DNA of 64,000 bases from Myxococcota bacterium (GTDB lineage Bacteria > Myxococcota_A > UBA9160 > UBA6930): assembly GCA_965223415.1 (NCBI GenBank), contig OZ245002.1, positions 2,496,001 to 2,560,000 of the forward strand, given 5' to 3'. A program made the position numbers and the translations under genes. This document shows, in pieces, positions 45,354 through 55,059 of the stretch (position 1 is its first letter; every line of letters begins with the position of its first letter). The notes beneath the pieces were generated by a model that saw nothing but the letters and a program-made list of their open reading frames with translations, had not been told where the DNA came from and ran no database searches.

Positions 45354-47639
45354 TCATGCCTGGAGCTGCTGCTGGAGCTGCCACAGGTGTTGGAAGGTCC
45401 CCTCCGGCTTCGCCATCAGCTCGCCGGGCGTTCCACTCTCGGTGAGCCGGCCGTCCTCGATCACGAAGATGCGGTCGGCCCGCCGCAGGGTGGAGAGCCG
45501 GTGGGCGATGGCGAACACGGTGCGGCCCTCGGTGAGCCGCTCGAGCGCCTCCTGGATCTTGTACTCCGTCTCGGTATCGACGGCGCTGGTGGCCTCGTCG
45601 AGCACCAGGATGCGCGGATCGTGCAGGATGGCCCGCGCGATCGAGATCCTCTGGCGCTCGCCGCCGGAGAGCGTCTGCCCCCGCTCGCCCACCATCGTCT
45701 CGTAGCCGTTCGCGAGCTTGCAAAGGAAATCGTGGGCGTTGGCGGTGATCGCCGCCTCCACCACGTCGTCCTCGGTCGCGCCTGGCAGCCCGTAGCGGAT
45801 GTTCTCCATCACCGTGCCGTGGAAGAGGTACGGATCCTGGAGGACCATCCCGAGCTGACGCCGGAAGCTCCCGGTGTCGAGCCGGCGCACGTCGATGCCG
45901 TCGATGCGCACCTGCCCGCCCGTCACGTCGTAGAAGCGGGCCAGCAGGTTCGTCACCGTCGTCTTCCCGCCGCCGGAAGGCCCGACGAGACCGATCATCT
46001 CGCCCGGCTCCACCGCGAAAGAGACGCCCTGGATCACCTGGCGCACCCCGTCGTAGCCGAAGGTCACGTTCTCGAACTCGACCCTGCCCTCGACGGGCTC
46101 GAGGCGCACCGGGCAGCCGACGTCGACCACCTGGGGCTCGGTGTCGAGCACCTCGAAGATGCGGTGGGCGGAGCTGGTGGCGCGGTTCATGATGCGCGCC
46201 ATCTGCCCGATGATCTCGATCGGCTGCACGAACATGGTCATGTAGAGCAGGAACGCGACGAAGGTCCCGGACGTGAGCGTCGCGCCCATCTCCGAATCGC
46301 CGGGGATGACCCGCGGCAGCGCGAACACCCACACCAGCACCACCATCCCGCGCACGGCCAGCATCAGCGTCGGCCAGAACGAGGTCCACACCTCGTGGAT
46401 GCGGTTGAACTCGTCGGTCACGTTGTGGTTGCGCGCGCCGAAGCGCTCTTTCTCCCTCTCCTCCTGATGGAAAGCTTTCACGACCTTCATGCCGGGGATC
46501 GTGTCCGACACCACGTCGGTCACCGAGCTCCACTTGCGCCAGGCGCGCAGGAAGAGCTTGTTCATGCGCCGGCCGTGCCAGTAGACCCAGAGGCACAGGA
46601 AGGGCACCGGCAGGGTCATGATCAGCCCGAGCTTCCAGTCCAGGTGGATCAGCACCGCCGAGAGGCCGAGCAGCATCACGATGGAGAGCGACACGTCCAC
46701 GATGCCGAGCGCCAGGAACTCCCAGAGCCGGTCCGTATCCGCGGTGACCCGCGTGATGAGGCTTCCGGTCTTCTTCCTCGAGTAGAAGGAGAGCGAGAGC
46801 TTCTGCAGGTGCTCGTAGAGCTCGGTGCGCAGGTCTCGCGCCACGTGCTCGCCGAGCACGGCCATCCAGCGAAGCCGCGCCCAGGCGGCGAGCTGCCGCA
46901 GCAGGTAGCTCGCGGCGATCGCCACCACGGCGTACCAGGCGATCTGCTGCACGTCCGCCAGGGTCTTCGCCCCGTCCTGCACGGGCCGGATCACCTCGTC
47001 GACCAGGTAGCCGGTGAGGTAGGGCGGCACGAGCGAGAGCGCCGTCAGGACCGCCGCCGACGCCAGGCCGAAGATCACCTGCCCGCGGTAGGGCCGCAGG
47101 TAGCCGAGCAGCCGCCACACGACCGCCAGGTCGTTGCCGGCGACCAGCGCCTGGGCCTCCCGGATCGGGCCGGCCACGCTGTCCGCGTACTCCTCGTCCG
47201 GATCCGCCGGTGCGGGCACGGGCGAGCCGTCGAGGTCCCGCTCGATCAGGAACTGCAGGTTCTCCATCGCGCGACGCTGGCGGTGGGTGAAGCGGACGCG
47301 GGCGAGCGCCGGCTCCCCGGGCTCCCGCAGGAAGCGCAGGGTGTTGCAGGTGAGGCCCGGATCGAGCCGCACGGCCTGGATCGCCTCGCGGGCGAAGGTC
47401 TGCACGTCGAGCCGCCCGCCGAGGGCGCGGGCCACGGCCACGTGGCGCGGCCCGAGGGCGACCCACGACTCGGTGAGCTGGAGGCTGCCGTCGAGGTCCG
47501 CCAGCGCGTAGAGCTGGACGGGATCGCCGCCCCAGCCGTCCTCGATGGCCTCGCGCACGGCGCGCGGCATCGAGACGGGCTGGTCGGTGTATCGCTCGAG
47601 GATCTTGCGGTCAGTCGAGTCGGTCGGGTGCGCGAGCAT
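45354..47639 (-). CDS. ABC exporter (TMD + NBD) with N-terminal extension
   Basis: GPSGGGKT, LSGGERQR, LDEATS and AHRLST. Confidence 0.93.
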   Translation of the reverse strand: MLAHPTDSTDRKILERYTDQPVSMPRAVREAIEDGWGGDPVQLYALADLDGSLQLTESWVALGPRHVAVARALGGRLDVQTFAREAIQAVRLDPGLTCNTLRFLREPGEPALARVRFTHRQRRAMENLQFLIERDLDGSPVPAPADPDEEYADSVAGPIREAQALVAGNDLAVVWRLLGYLRPYRGQVIFGLASAAVLTALSLVPPYLTGYLVDEVIRPVQDGAKTLADVQQIAWYAVVAIAASYLLRQLAAWARLRWMAVLGEHVARDLRTELYEHLQKLSLSFYSRKKTGSLITRVTADTDRLWEFLALGIVDVSLSIVMLLGLSAVLIHLDWKLGLIMTLPVPFLCLWVYWHGRRMNKLFLRAWRKWSSVTDVVSDTIPGMKVVKAFHQEEREKERFGARNHNVTDEFNRIHEVWTSFWPTLMLAVRGMVVLVWVFALPRVIPGDSEMGATLTSGTFVAFLLYMTMFVQPIEIIGQMARIMNRATSSAHRIFEVLDTEPQVVDVGCPVRLEPVEGRVEFENVTFGYDGVRQVIQGVSFAVEPGEMIGLVGPSGGGKTTVTNLLARFYDVTGGQVRIDGIDVRRLDTGSFRRQLGMVLQDPYLFHGTVMENIRYGLPGATEDDVVEAAITANAHDFLCKLANGYETMVGERGQTLSGGERQRISIARAILHDPRILVLDEATSAVDTETEYKIQEALERLTEGRTVFAIAHRLSTLRRADRIFVIEDGRLTESGTPGELMAKPEGTFQHLWQLQQQLQA

Positions 47640-47684
47640 CGGTGGGCTTCCTTGCCCCGGGTCCGAACCTTGGAGTGCCGACCT

Positions 47685-47725
47685 AACGAAAACGGCCTTC
47701 CAGGCTCGCACCCGGAAGGCCGTTT
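47685..47725 (-). terminator. Leader-region intrinsic terminator (possible attenuator)
   Basis: Minus strand AAACGGCCTTCC-loop-GGAAGGCCGTTTTCGTT, ~45 nt upstream of the ABC start. Confidence 0.65.
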
Positions 47726-47740
47726 GAAACGACGCGATTC

Positions 47741-47902
47741 CTAGGGTGCTGGGATTCTCTGAACGCCCTGGCTCTTGACCCGGCCATGGGGAATCCCGAA
47801 GAGGGACGGGCAGGCGTCACCGGTGAAGGCAGCGGCGGGCGCGCGGCGTACGCACACGGCCACGAAGACCGCGTCCCGGTTCTGATTCCCGATGGAGCTC
47901 AT
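47741..47902 (-). CDS. Putative leader peptide (53 aa)
   Basis: GAGGTG upstream of ATG; the stop lies ~15 nt before the hairpin. Confidence 0.35.
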   Translation of the reverse strand: MSSIGNQNRDAVFVAVCVRRAPAAAFTGDACPSLFGIPHGRVKSQGVQRIPAP

Positions 47903-47995
47903 GATCTCTGGATACACCTCTGCCAGTTGGGCGAGCACGATACCCGGACGTCAAGGCGAAGGCAACCCCCTTTTCGACCTCGCTACCCTGGAATC

Positions 47996-48406
47996 ATGCC
48001 CGGCTCCAAGCCCCCCGGCGTTTCGCGGCAGAGCTGGCTCGAGGGCCAGATCGAGGAGGCCCGCGGGCGCGGCCTGTTCGACCACCTGCCCGGGGCCGGC
48101 CGCCCGCAGGAGGACCTGGGCGAGGCCGACGACCCGCTCTGGTGGGCCAAGGCCCTCCTGCGGCGGGAGCAGCTCTCGGTGCTTCCCCCGGCCCTCGAGC
48201 TCCGCAAGAAGGTGGAGGCGACCCTCGCCCGATTGCCGGAGCTGCGCCGGGAGGCGGACGCTCGCGAGGCCCTGGAGACCCTGAACGCGGTGATCCGCGA
48301 CACGAACGCCAAGGCCCACCGCGGCCCGCCCAGCACCCAGGCTCCCCTCGACGTGGAGGCGGAGCTTCTCCGCTGGCGGACGGCCCGGGAAGGAACGGAG
48401 CGATGA
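47996..48406 (+). CDS. DUF1992 domain protein
   Basis: 'QIEEARGRGLFDHLPGAGRP' and 'VLPPALELRK'. Confidence 0.87.
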   Translation: MPGSKPPGVSRQSWLEGQIEEARGRGLFDHLPGAGRPQEDLGEADDPLWWAKALLRREQLSVLPPALELRKKVEATLARLPELRREADAREALETLNAVIRDTNAKAHRGPPSTQAPLDVEAELLRWRTAREGTER

Positions 48407-49008
48407 CCACCCTCGAGTTCTTCTTCGACTGCGGCAGCCCCTGGACCTACCTGGCCTTCCACAAGATCGAGGAGCTGGCCCGCGACACCGGGGCCGAGCT
48501 CCGCTGGCGACCGATCCTGGTGGGCGGCGTCTTCAACCAGGTGAACCGCGAGGTCTACGAGGCCCGGGCGAACCCGAACCCGCTGCGCGGCCGCTACCAC
48601 GCCAAGGACCTGCAGGACTGGGCGCGGCTCTACGGCCTGCGCATCGGGTGGCCGACGGTCTTCCCCGTGAACAGCGTGAAGGCCATGCGCGGCGCCCTCG
48701 TGGCCCAGGACGCCGGCTGCCTGCCCGCCTACGCCCGGGCCGTCTTCGAGCGCTACTGGGGAGAGGACGGGGACATCTCGCGGGACGAGGTGATCTCCGC
48801 CGTCGCTGCTGGGATCGGCCTCGATCCGACGGACTTCCTGGAGGCGATCGCGAAGCCGGCGATCAAGGAGCGCCTGCGCACCAACACCCAGGAGCTCGTG
48901 GACCGGGGCGGCTTCGGCTCCCCGACGATGTTCGTCGCGGGCGACGACATGTTCTTCGGCAACGACCGGCTGCCTCTCGTCCGCGCCGCCCTGGAACGCC
49001 ATGTGTGA
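48403..49008 (+). CDS. 2-hydroxychromene-2-carboxylate isomerase / DsbA family
   Basis: 'FFFDCGSPWTYL', 'FGSPTM' and 'FFGNDRL'. Confidence 0.92.
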   Translation: MTTLEFFFDCGSPWTYLAFHKIEELARDTGAELRWRPILVGGVFNQVNREVYEARANPNPLRGRYHAKDLQDWARLYGLRIGWPTVFPVNSVKAMRGALVAQDAGCLPAYARAVFERYWGEDGDISRDEVISAVAAGIGLDPTDFLEAIAKPAIKERLRTNTQELVDRGGFGSPTMFVAGDDMFFGNDRLPLVRAALERHV

Positions 49009-50194
49009 CACCGCGGTGCGGGTGCTGCCCGGCCGCGTGCTGTTCGCCAAGAACTCCGACCGGGACCCGAACGAGGCGCAGCTCTTGGAGTGGCAGCCCG
49101 CCCGTGAGCACCGGCCCGGCGCTCCCCTGCGCTGCACCTGGATCCGCATTCCCCAGGTCGCGCGCACCCACGCGGTACTGCTCTCGCGGCCCTTCTGGAT
49201 GTGGGGCGCGGAGATGGGGGCGAACGAGCACGGGGTCGTGATCGGGAACGAGGCGGTCTTCACCAGGCAGCCCCTGGCGGAGACCGGGCTCACGGGGATG
49301 GACCTGCTGCGCCTCGCCCTGGAGCGGGCGGCCAGCGCCGAGGAAGCCCTCGGCGTGATCACGGAGCTGCTCGGCGAGCACGGCCAGGGCGGGGGCTGCG
49401 GGCACGAGGACCGCTCCTTCTCCTATCACAACAGCTTCCTGCTCGCGGATCCGGAGGGCGCCTTGGTGCTCGAGACGGCGGACCGGGAGTGGACGAGCGA
49501 GCGGGTGGAGGGCGCCCGCAGCATCTCGAACGGGCTCACCATCCAGCCGTTCGCGCGGCAGCACCGGGACGCACTGCGCACGAAGGCCGCGGCCGCCGGC
49601 CTGCGGCGCGCCTGCACCGAGGCCCGGGCCCAGCGAGCGGAGAGCGTGCTCGACATGATGGCGCTGCTGCGGGACCACGGGCGCCACCGGTCCGCCCCCC
49701 ACTACGCGCGCTTGAACGGCGGGATCGGAGCGCCCTGCGTCCACGCCGGCGGGATGGTGGTGAACTCGCAGACCACGGCGTCGTGGGTGGCGGAGCTCGC
49801 GCCCGGTGGGGCCACCCACTGGGTCACGGGCACGGCCGCCCCTTGCACCTCGCTCTTCAAGCCGGTGCGCCTCGACGAGCCCCTCGACCTCGGCCCCGAG
49901 CCCACGGACCGCTACGACCCGGCCAGCCTGTGGTGGCGCCACGAACGCTTCCACCGCCGTGCGATGTGGGATCCGGAGGCGCTGATGAGCGCGATCGCCA
50001 GGGAGCGGGATCACGTAGAGGCGGGCTGGGTCGCGGAGCCACCGGAGCCGGAGAAGGCCTTCGCCGAGGGCGACCGGCTGCTCGAGGGATGGACCGAGCG
50101 GGCCCTGGCGGCGAGCCTTGCCGACCGGCGGCCGGCGTGGACACGGCGCTACTGGGCGAAGCGGGACCGGCGGGCGGGCCTCGCGCCGGAGTGA
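49001..50194 (+). CDS. Secernin / peptidase C69-like Ntn hydrolase
   Basis: N-terminal MCDT, 'AKNSDR' and 'WGAEMGANEHGV'. Confidence 0.9.
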   Translation: MCDTAVRVLPGRVLFAKNSDRDPNEAQLLEWQPAREHRPGAPLRCTWIRIPQVARTHAVLLSRPFWMWGAEMGANEHGVVIGNEAVFTRQPLAETGLTGMDLLRLALERAASAEEALGVITELLGEHGQGGGCGHEDRSFSYHNSFLLADPEGALVLETADREWTSERVEGARSISNGLTIQPFARQHRDALRTKAAAAGLRRACTEARAQRAESVLDMMALLRDHGRHRSAPHYARLNGGIGAPCVHAGGMVVNSQTTASWVAELAPGGATHWVTGTAAPCTSLFKPVRLDEPLDLGPEPTDRYDPASLWWRHERFHRRAMWDPEALMSAIARERDHVEAGWVAEPPEPEKAFAEGDRLLEGWTERALAASLADRRPAWTRRYWAKRDRRAGLAPE

Positions 50195-50272
50195 ACGCTC
50201 TCGGTTGACAGCCGTGCAACCGATGGGAATCCTTCACGTTTCCCCTTCACCCAGGACCCCAGGAGGAACCCC

Positions 50273-51301
50273 ATGGCAGACCGCCATGCGAACGATCCGC
50301 GCTGTGTCGCGGTCGTCGGGGCCACCGGGGCCGTCGGGGAGGTGGTGCTTCGGCTGCTGGCCGAGCGCGGCTTCCCGGTGGGCGAGCTCCGGGCCCTGGC
50401 GAGCGAACGCTCCGCCGGCACGACGGTGCGCTTCGCCGACCGGGACGTCGAGGTTCAGGAGGCCGTGCCCTCCGCCTTCGACGGCGTCGACTTCGCCTTC
50501 TTCGCCGCCACCGGCGGGCTCTCGAAGACGCTCGCGCCGGAGGTGGCGAAGCGCGGAGGCGTGGCCATCGACAAGTCGAGCACCTGGCGCCTCGACGAGC
50601 AGGTGCCGCTCGTGGTGCCGGAGATCAATCCGGACGCGCTCGAGAAGCACAAGGGCATCGTCTCGTGTCCGAACTGCACGACCATCGGCTTCGTCATGGC
50701 CCTCGAGCCGATCCGGCGCGAGGCGGGCGTGAAGTCGGTCGTCGTGACGACGCTGCAGGCGGTGAGCGGCTCGGGCAAGCCGGGCATCGACGAGCTGGCG
50801 AGGCAGAAGGCGGAGCTCGAGCGCGGCGACGCGCCGACGACCGGCTTCTACCCGAAGCCGATCGTCGAGAACGCCCTGCCCCTCTGCGAGAGCTTCCGCG
50901 ACGACGGCTACTCGACCGAAGAGGTCAAGCTGCTCCACGAGACTCGCAAGATCACCGGCCAGCAGGACGTGGACGTGACCATGACCTGCGTGCGCATCCC
51001 GGTTCCGGTGGGCCACTCGGCGACCATGCTGGTCGAGACCGAACGGCCGATCACGCCGGAGCGGGCGCGCGAGATGCTGGCAGCGTTCCCCGGCGTACGG
51101 GTCGTCGACGACCCGGCGGAGAACGTGTTCCCCACGGCCCGCGACGTGCACGGGAGCGACGAGGTGCTCGTGGGGCGCGTGCGCAAGGACCTGGTCAGCG
51201 ATCGGCTGTGGATGTGGCAGGTCTCGGACAACCTTCGCAAGGGCGCCGCGACCAACGCCATCCAGATCGCCGAGGAGATGGTTCGCCGCGGCCTCCAGTA
51301 G
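50273..51301 (+). CDS. asd: Aspartate-semialdehyde dehydrogenase
   Basis: GATGAVG, PNCTT, CVRIPVPVGHS and DNLRKGAA. Confidence 0.96.
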   Translation: MADRHANDPRCVAVVGATGAVGEVVLRLLAERGFPVGELRALASERSAGTTVRFADRDVEVQEAVPSAFDGVDFAFFAATGGLSKTLAPEVAKRGGVAIDKSSTWRLDEQVPLVVPEINPDALEKHKGIVSCPNCTTIGFVMALEPIRREAGVKSVVVTTLQAVSGSGKPGIDELARQKAELERGDAPTTGFYPKPIVENALPLCESFRDDGYSTEEVKLLHETRKITGQQDVDVTMTCVRIPVPVGHSATMLVETERPITPERAREMLAAFPGVRVVDDPAENVFPTARDVHGSDEVLVGRVRKDLVSDRLWMWQVSDNLRKGAATNAIQIAEEMVRRGLQ

Positions 51302-51347
51302 CCGACCGAGCTCTGCCGAGGGAGCGCCCGGGGCGGGAACGTCCCGG

Positions 51348-51743
51348 GTGCTCCTTCGCTACGCCGCGTTCCAGCTACCGGGGCTGGCCGTGTTCTCCCT
51401 CGGCGTCGCTGCGGCCCACGAGTGGCTCGAGCTGCCGGCGGACGTCGCCCTGGTGGCGGTCGCCTTGTGGATGGCGAAGGATGCGCTGATGTTCCGCTTC
51501 GTGCGCAAGGCCTACGAGCCCGGCGACGGGCGCACGCCCCGGGACGTGCGGGACGCCCTGGCGGTCGCCACCGACGGCCTCGACAGCGAGGGCTACGTGC
51601 GCATCGGCTCCGAGCTCTGGCGCGCCCGCCGGGCCGAGGGCTGCCCGCCCATCGCCGCCGGCGAAACCGTCCGCGTCGTCGACGTCCGCGGCCTCACCGT
51701 CCTCGTCGACCGGGACAACGCAACAAACGGAACCGGCCCCTAG
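51348..51743 (+). CDS. NfeD family protein
   Basis: TM segments then 'GYVRIGSELWRAR..GETVRVV..GLTVLV'. The C-terminus NATNGTGP is repeat-derived. Confidence 0.8.
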   Translation: MLLRYAAFQLPGLAVFSLGVAAAHEWLELPADVALVAVALWMAKDALMFRFVRKAYEPGDGRTPRDVRDALAVATDGLDSEGYVRIGSELWRARRAEGCPPIAAGETVRVVDVRGLTVLVDRDNATNGTGP

Positions 51744-51750
51744 CGCAACA
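51714..51750 (+). repeat. Dispersed repeat copy between co-directional genes
   Basis: GACAACGCAACAAACGGAACCGGCCCCTAGCGCAACA. Confidence 0.85.
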
Positions 51751-52601
51751 TGGGTGGTTCCGGCGTGACGGCTCTCGGGAGGCTTCTGGGGCTGCTTCGG
51801 CTCGAGGGGTTGGACCGGGACCTGTTCGTCGGGGATACGCCGCGGGGGGAGGGGCGGCTGTTCGGGGGGCTGGTGGCGGCGCAGGCGGCGGTCGCGGCGA
51901 TGGAGACGGTGGAGGACCGGGCGCTGCACTCGCTGCACGCCTACTTCCTCCGCCCGGGGCTGCACGAGACGCCGATCCGCTTCGTGGTGCATCGCATCCG
52001 GGACGGGCGCTCGTTCGCGACGCGGCGGGTGGTCGCCTATCAGGCCGGCGAGGCGATCTTCAATCTCTCGGCGAGCTTCGTGCAGCCCGAGGAGGGCATC
52101 TCCCACCAGGCGCCGGCGCCGGAGGCACCGGGGCCCGAAGGGCTCCCGGACTGGGAGGAGCTGCGCTCCCAGATGCTCGGCCGACCGGACGCCGTGCGGC
52201 ACCAGCCGATCGAGGTGCGCGTCTGCGACCCGGACGATCCCGACGGCCATCCCCAGGAGCCGCGCAAGCGGGTCTGGTTCCGGGCCGCGGGCAGTGTCCC
52301 CGACGACCCGCGCATCCACACGGCGCTGCTCGTCTACGCCAGCGACCGCACCCTCCTCTCCACGGCCTCGCGGCCCCACGGCCTGCCCTGGGGCAGACGG
52401 ATGGTCGCGAGCCTCGACCACGCGGTGTGGGTCCACCGCGAGCCCCGCTTCGACGATTGGGTGCTCTACGCCTCCGAGAGCCCGGTCGCCCACGCCGCCC
52501 GCGGGCTGGTGCTGGGCGCCCTGTACGACCGGGCCGGACACCGGATGGCCTCGGTCGCCCAGGAGGGCCTCATCCGGATCCCCCGGAACGATGTCGGATA
52601 G
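51750..52601 (+). CDS. tesB: Acyl-CoA thioesterase II
   Basis: 'LFGGLVAAQA', 'SLHAYFLRPG', 'ASLDHAVW' and 'QEGLIR'. Confidence 0.92.
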   Translation: MGGSGVTALGRLLGLLRLEGLDRDLFVGDTPRGEGRLFGGLVAAQAAVAAMETVEDRALHSLHAYFLRPGLHETPIRFVVHRIRDGRSFATRRVVAYQAGEAIFNLSASFVQPEEGISHQAPAPEAPGPEGLPDWEELRSQMLGRPDAVRHQPIEVRVCDPDDPDGHPQEPRKRVWFRAAGSVPDDPRIHTALLVYASDRTLLSTASRPHGLPWGRRMVASLDHAVWVHREPRFDDWVLYASESPVAHAARGLVLGALYDRAGHRMASVAQEGLIRIPRNDVG

Positions 52602-53871
52602 CTGGGAGAGCCGACGCCTCGGCCTGGCCGGCGCCTCGGCGCTGGTCGTGGCGAACATGGTCGGCGCCGGCGTCTTCACCACCTCCGGCTTCGCCCTCGC
52701 CGACCTCGGCGACGCGGCCTGGGTGCTGCTGGCCTGGCTCGTCGGGGGAGGGGTCGCGCTGTGCGGCGCCCTCGCCTACGGCGGCATCGCCCAGCGCATC
52801 CCGCGCTCGGGGGGCGAGTACACCTTCCTGACGCGCCTCCACCCGGGCCTGGGCTTCGCAGCGGGATGGGTCTCGCTCTGGGCGGGCTTCACGGGACCGA
52901 TCGCGGTCTCGGCGCTGGCCCTGGAGGTCTACCTCGGTGCGGCGCTGGGCGTCGCGGCACCGCCGGGCTGGACGGCCACCGCGGCCATCGCCGTGGCGCT
53001 GGTGCTCCATACGGTGCGCACGGAGACCGGGACGACGAGTCTCGGCGCCGTCGTCCTGCTGAAGCTCGTGGCCCTGGCGGCGTTCCTCTTCTGGGCCAGC
53101 GGAGCCCTCGACGCCTCCCGCGTCGAGGTTCTTCCCGCCCGGGCCTTCGACTTGGGCGCCTTCGCCGTGACCCTGGTATGGATCTCGTTCTCGTACTCGG
53201 GCTGGAACGGCGCCGTCTACCTGGCAGGCGAGATCCGTGCGCCGGAGCGGACCCTCCGCCCGGCCCTCTGGATTCCGACCCTGGGCGTGGCGCTCCTCTA
53301 TGTGGCGCTCAACGCCGTCATGCTCTGGGCGGCCCCGGCCGAGCAGCTCGCAGGCCAGGCGGAGGTGGGCGCCATCGCGGCAGGCGCTCTTGGAGGCGAG
53401 ACGGCGCGACGCTGGGTCTCCGCCGTGGTGTGCCTCGCCCTCTTCTCCTCCGTGTCGGTGATGGTGCTCTCCGGCCCGCGGGTCGTCGCCGTGATGGCGC
53501 GGGACGGCTTCCTGCCCACCGCTCTCGCCCGCGGCATGGCGTCGCCCCGCGCGGCGCTCCTGGCCCAGGCGATCGCGGCTACGGCCCTCGTCTGGATCTC
53601 CACCCTGCGCAGCCTGATCGGCAGTCTCGGCTTCATGCTAGGCATCTCCGCGGCCGCGACCGTGGCGAGCGCTGCCTACCTGCGCCACCGCGAGGGGGGG
53701 CAGAGCGTGCCGATCCCGGGCTACCCGTGGACGCCGGCCCTCTTCATCGGCTTCACCGTCGGCAGTACCGCGTTCCTCGTGGTTCGCGCGCCGGGCGACG
53801 CGGCCATCGGCCTCGTGCTGCTCGCGACGGGGCTTCCGATCTACCTGTGGCGAACCCGTCAGAGCAGCTGA
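52591..53871 (+). CDS. APC-family amino acid permease
   Basis: 'NMVGAGVF', 'PRSGGEY' and 'FSYSGWN'. Confidence 0.9.
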   Translation: MSDSWESRRLGLAGASALVVANMVGAGVFTTSGFALADLGDAAWVLLAWLVGGGVALCGALAYGGIAQRIPRSGGEYTFLTRLHPGLGFAAGWVSLWAGFTGPIAVSALALEVYLGAALGVAAPPGWTATAAIAVALVLHTVRTETGTTSLGAVVLLKLVALAAFLFWASGALDASRVEVLPARAFDLGAFAVTLVWISFSYSGWNGAVYLAGEIRAPERTLRPALWIPTLGVALLYVALNAVMLWAAPAEQLAGQAEVGAIAAGALGGETARRWVSAVVCLALFSSVSVMVLSGPRVVAVMARDGFLPTALARGMASPRAALLAQAIAATALVWISTLRSLIGSLGFMLGISAAATVASAAYLRHREGGQSVPIPGYPWTPALFIGFTVGSTAFLVVRAPGDAAIGLVLLATGLPIYLWRTRQSS

Positions 53872-54284
53872 GTCTGCTGCGCGGAGAGCGGCGACGAGCC
53901 AAAGCTGTTGTAGGTGCTCACCTTGTACCAGCCCGCCGGCGTATCGTTGGGGAAGTACAGGTGGACCTCGATGGCCTCGGGCACCAGCGGATCGCGGAAG
54001 ACCTGGGCGCTCAGGGTGAGCTGGCTTCCGTCGGCCTGGGGCACGAAGTACTCGATCACCTCGATGGATCCGCCGCCGAAGTCGTAGGTGGAAAGCGCCC
54101 CGAAGGTGATGTCGCCCAAATCGACGGGCTGCGCGACGTCGACGCGCCATACGTCGACGCCGATCACCTGGCTGGTCTCGAAGTCCGGGATGACGACGTG
54201 CAGCTTGCGCATGTTGCAGCCCATGAGCGCCAGGCAGGCCGCGACCAGCGAGACCAGGACGAAGAGGCGGAGGATGCGTGTCAT
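53859..54284 (-). CDS. Hypothetical lipoprotein
   Basis: AAGGGAGG RBS; signal peptide with LMGC lipobox; beta-rich body. Confidence 0.7.
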   Translation of the reverse strand: MTRILRLFVLVSLVAACLALMGCNMRKLHVVIPDFETSQVIGVDVWRVDVAQPVDLGDITFGALSTYDFGGGSIEVIEYFVPQADGSQLTLSAQVFRDPLVPEAIEVHLYFPNDTPAGWYKVSTYNSFGSSPLSAQQTQLL

Positions 54285-54487
54285 GAGGTTCCCTCCCTTG
54301 TGAAGTCCGGACGCATTCGCGTCTCCGGTCTCCAGGGATCGGCCGGGAAGAGCCGCAGAAACGTGATCGAGCCAACGCTCCGGGCGGGCCGGGAGAAACT
54401 GAACCCCTCGGGGAGCCCCGAGCTGTGACGAACCACACCGCGGTCTCGTGCGTATCACCCGTCGCGCGCCGAGGAGACCACCTGCCC

Positions 54488-54817
54488 ATGGAACGCTTCG
54501 AATCCGACGAGTCGCGGCCGAAAGCCTTGATGGAGTGGCACCGGGGCCACCCGGAAGGACGCGTCGCGGGCGTCTGTGCCGGCCTGGCTGCCGAGTTCGA
54601 CATCCCCCTCACGCTGGTGCGGGCCGGCTTCTTGCTGGGCGGCCTGCTCGGCCCCGGGGTGACCCTGATCGTCGGCCTCTACGGGGTGCTGTGGTTCCTG
54701 ATGCCGGCGGAGCCGGGGGGAGACTCGGGCCTCGACCGGCTGGTCGAGGGCGTCACGTCCCTGAGCGGCGAGGCCCGCGAGCGCACCCTCCGCTCGGACG
54801 TCGACTTCCGCTCGTGA
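54488..54817 (+). CDS. PspC domain protein
   Basis: 'RVAGVCAGLAAEFDIPLTLVR..YGVLWFLMP'. Confidence 0.88.
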   Translation: MERFESDESRPKALMEWHRGHPEGRVAGVCAGLAAEFDIPLTLVRAGFLLGGLLGPGVTLIVGLYGVLWFLMPAEPGGDSGLDRLVEGVTSLSGEARERTLRSDVDFRS

Positions 54818-55059
54818 GGGCAGCGCGGGACGAGCCGGCGTGGCCGCGTTGGCTGCGCCGGATCGGCCTTCCGGCCGCCGGTCTCACGCTGGTCGGCATC
54901 GGCCTGCTGCTGCTCGTGACGCCGGGCCCGGGCCTCCTCACCCTGGCCGGCGGTCTCGGCGTGCTCTCGGCGGAGTTCCCGGGGCTGGCGGGCTGGCGCG
55001 ACACATGGATGCGTCGGATCGGAGGCTGGCGTTGGGGAAGGCACCCTTCAGCGGAGTGA
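54814..55059 (+). CDS. PGPGW-like small membrane protein
   Basis: 'LLVTPGPGLLTLAGGLGVLSAEFP'; GTGA coupling. Confidence 0.75.
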   Translation: MRAARDEPAWPRWLRRIGLPAAGLTLVGIGLLLLVTPGPGLLTLAGGLGVLSAEFPGLAGWRDTWMRRIGGWRWGRHPSAE

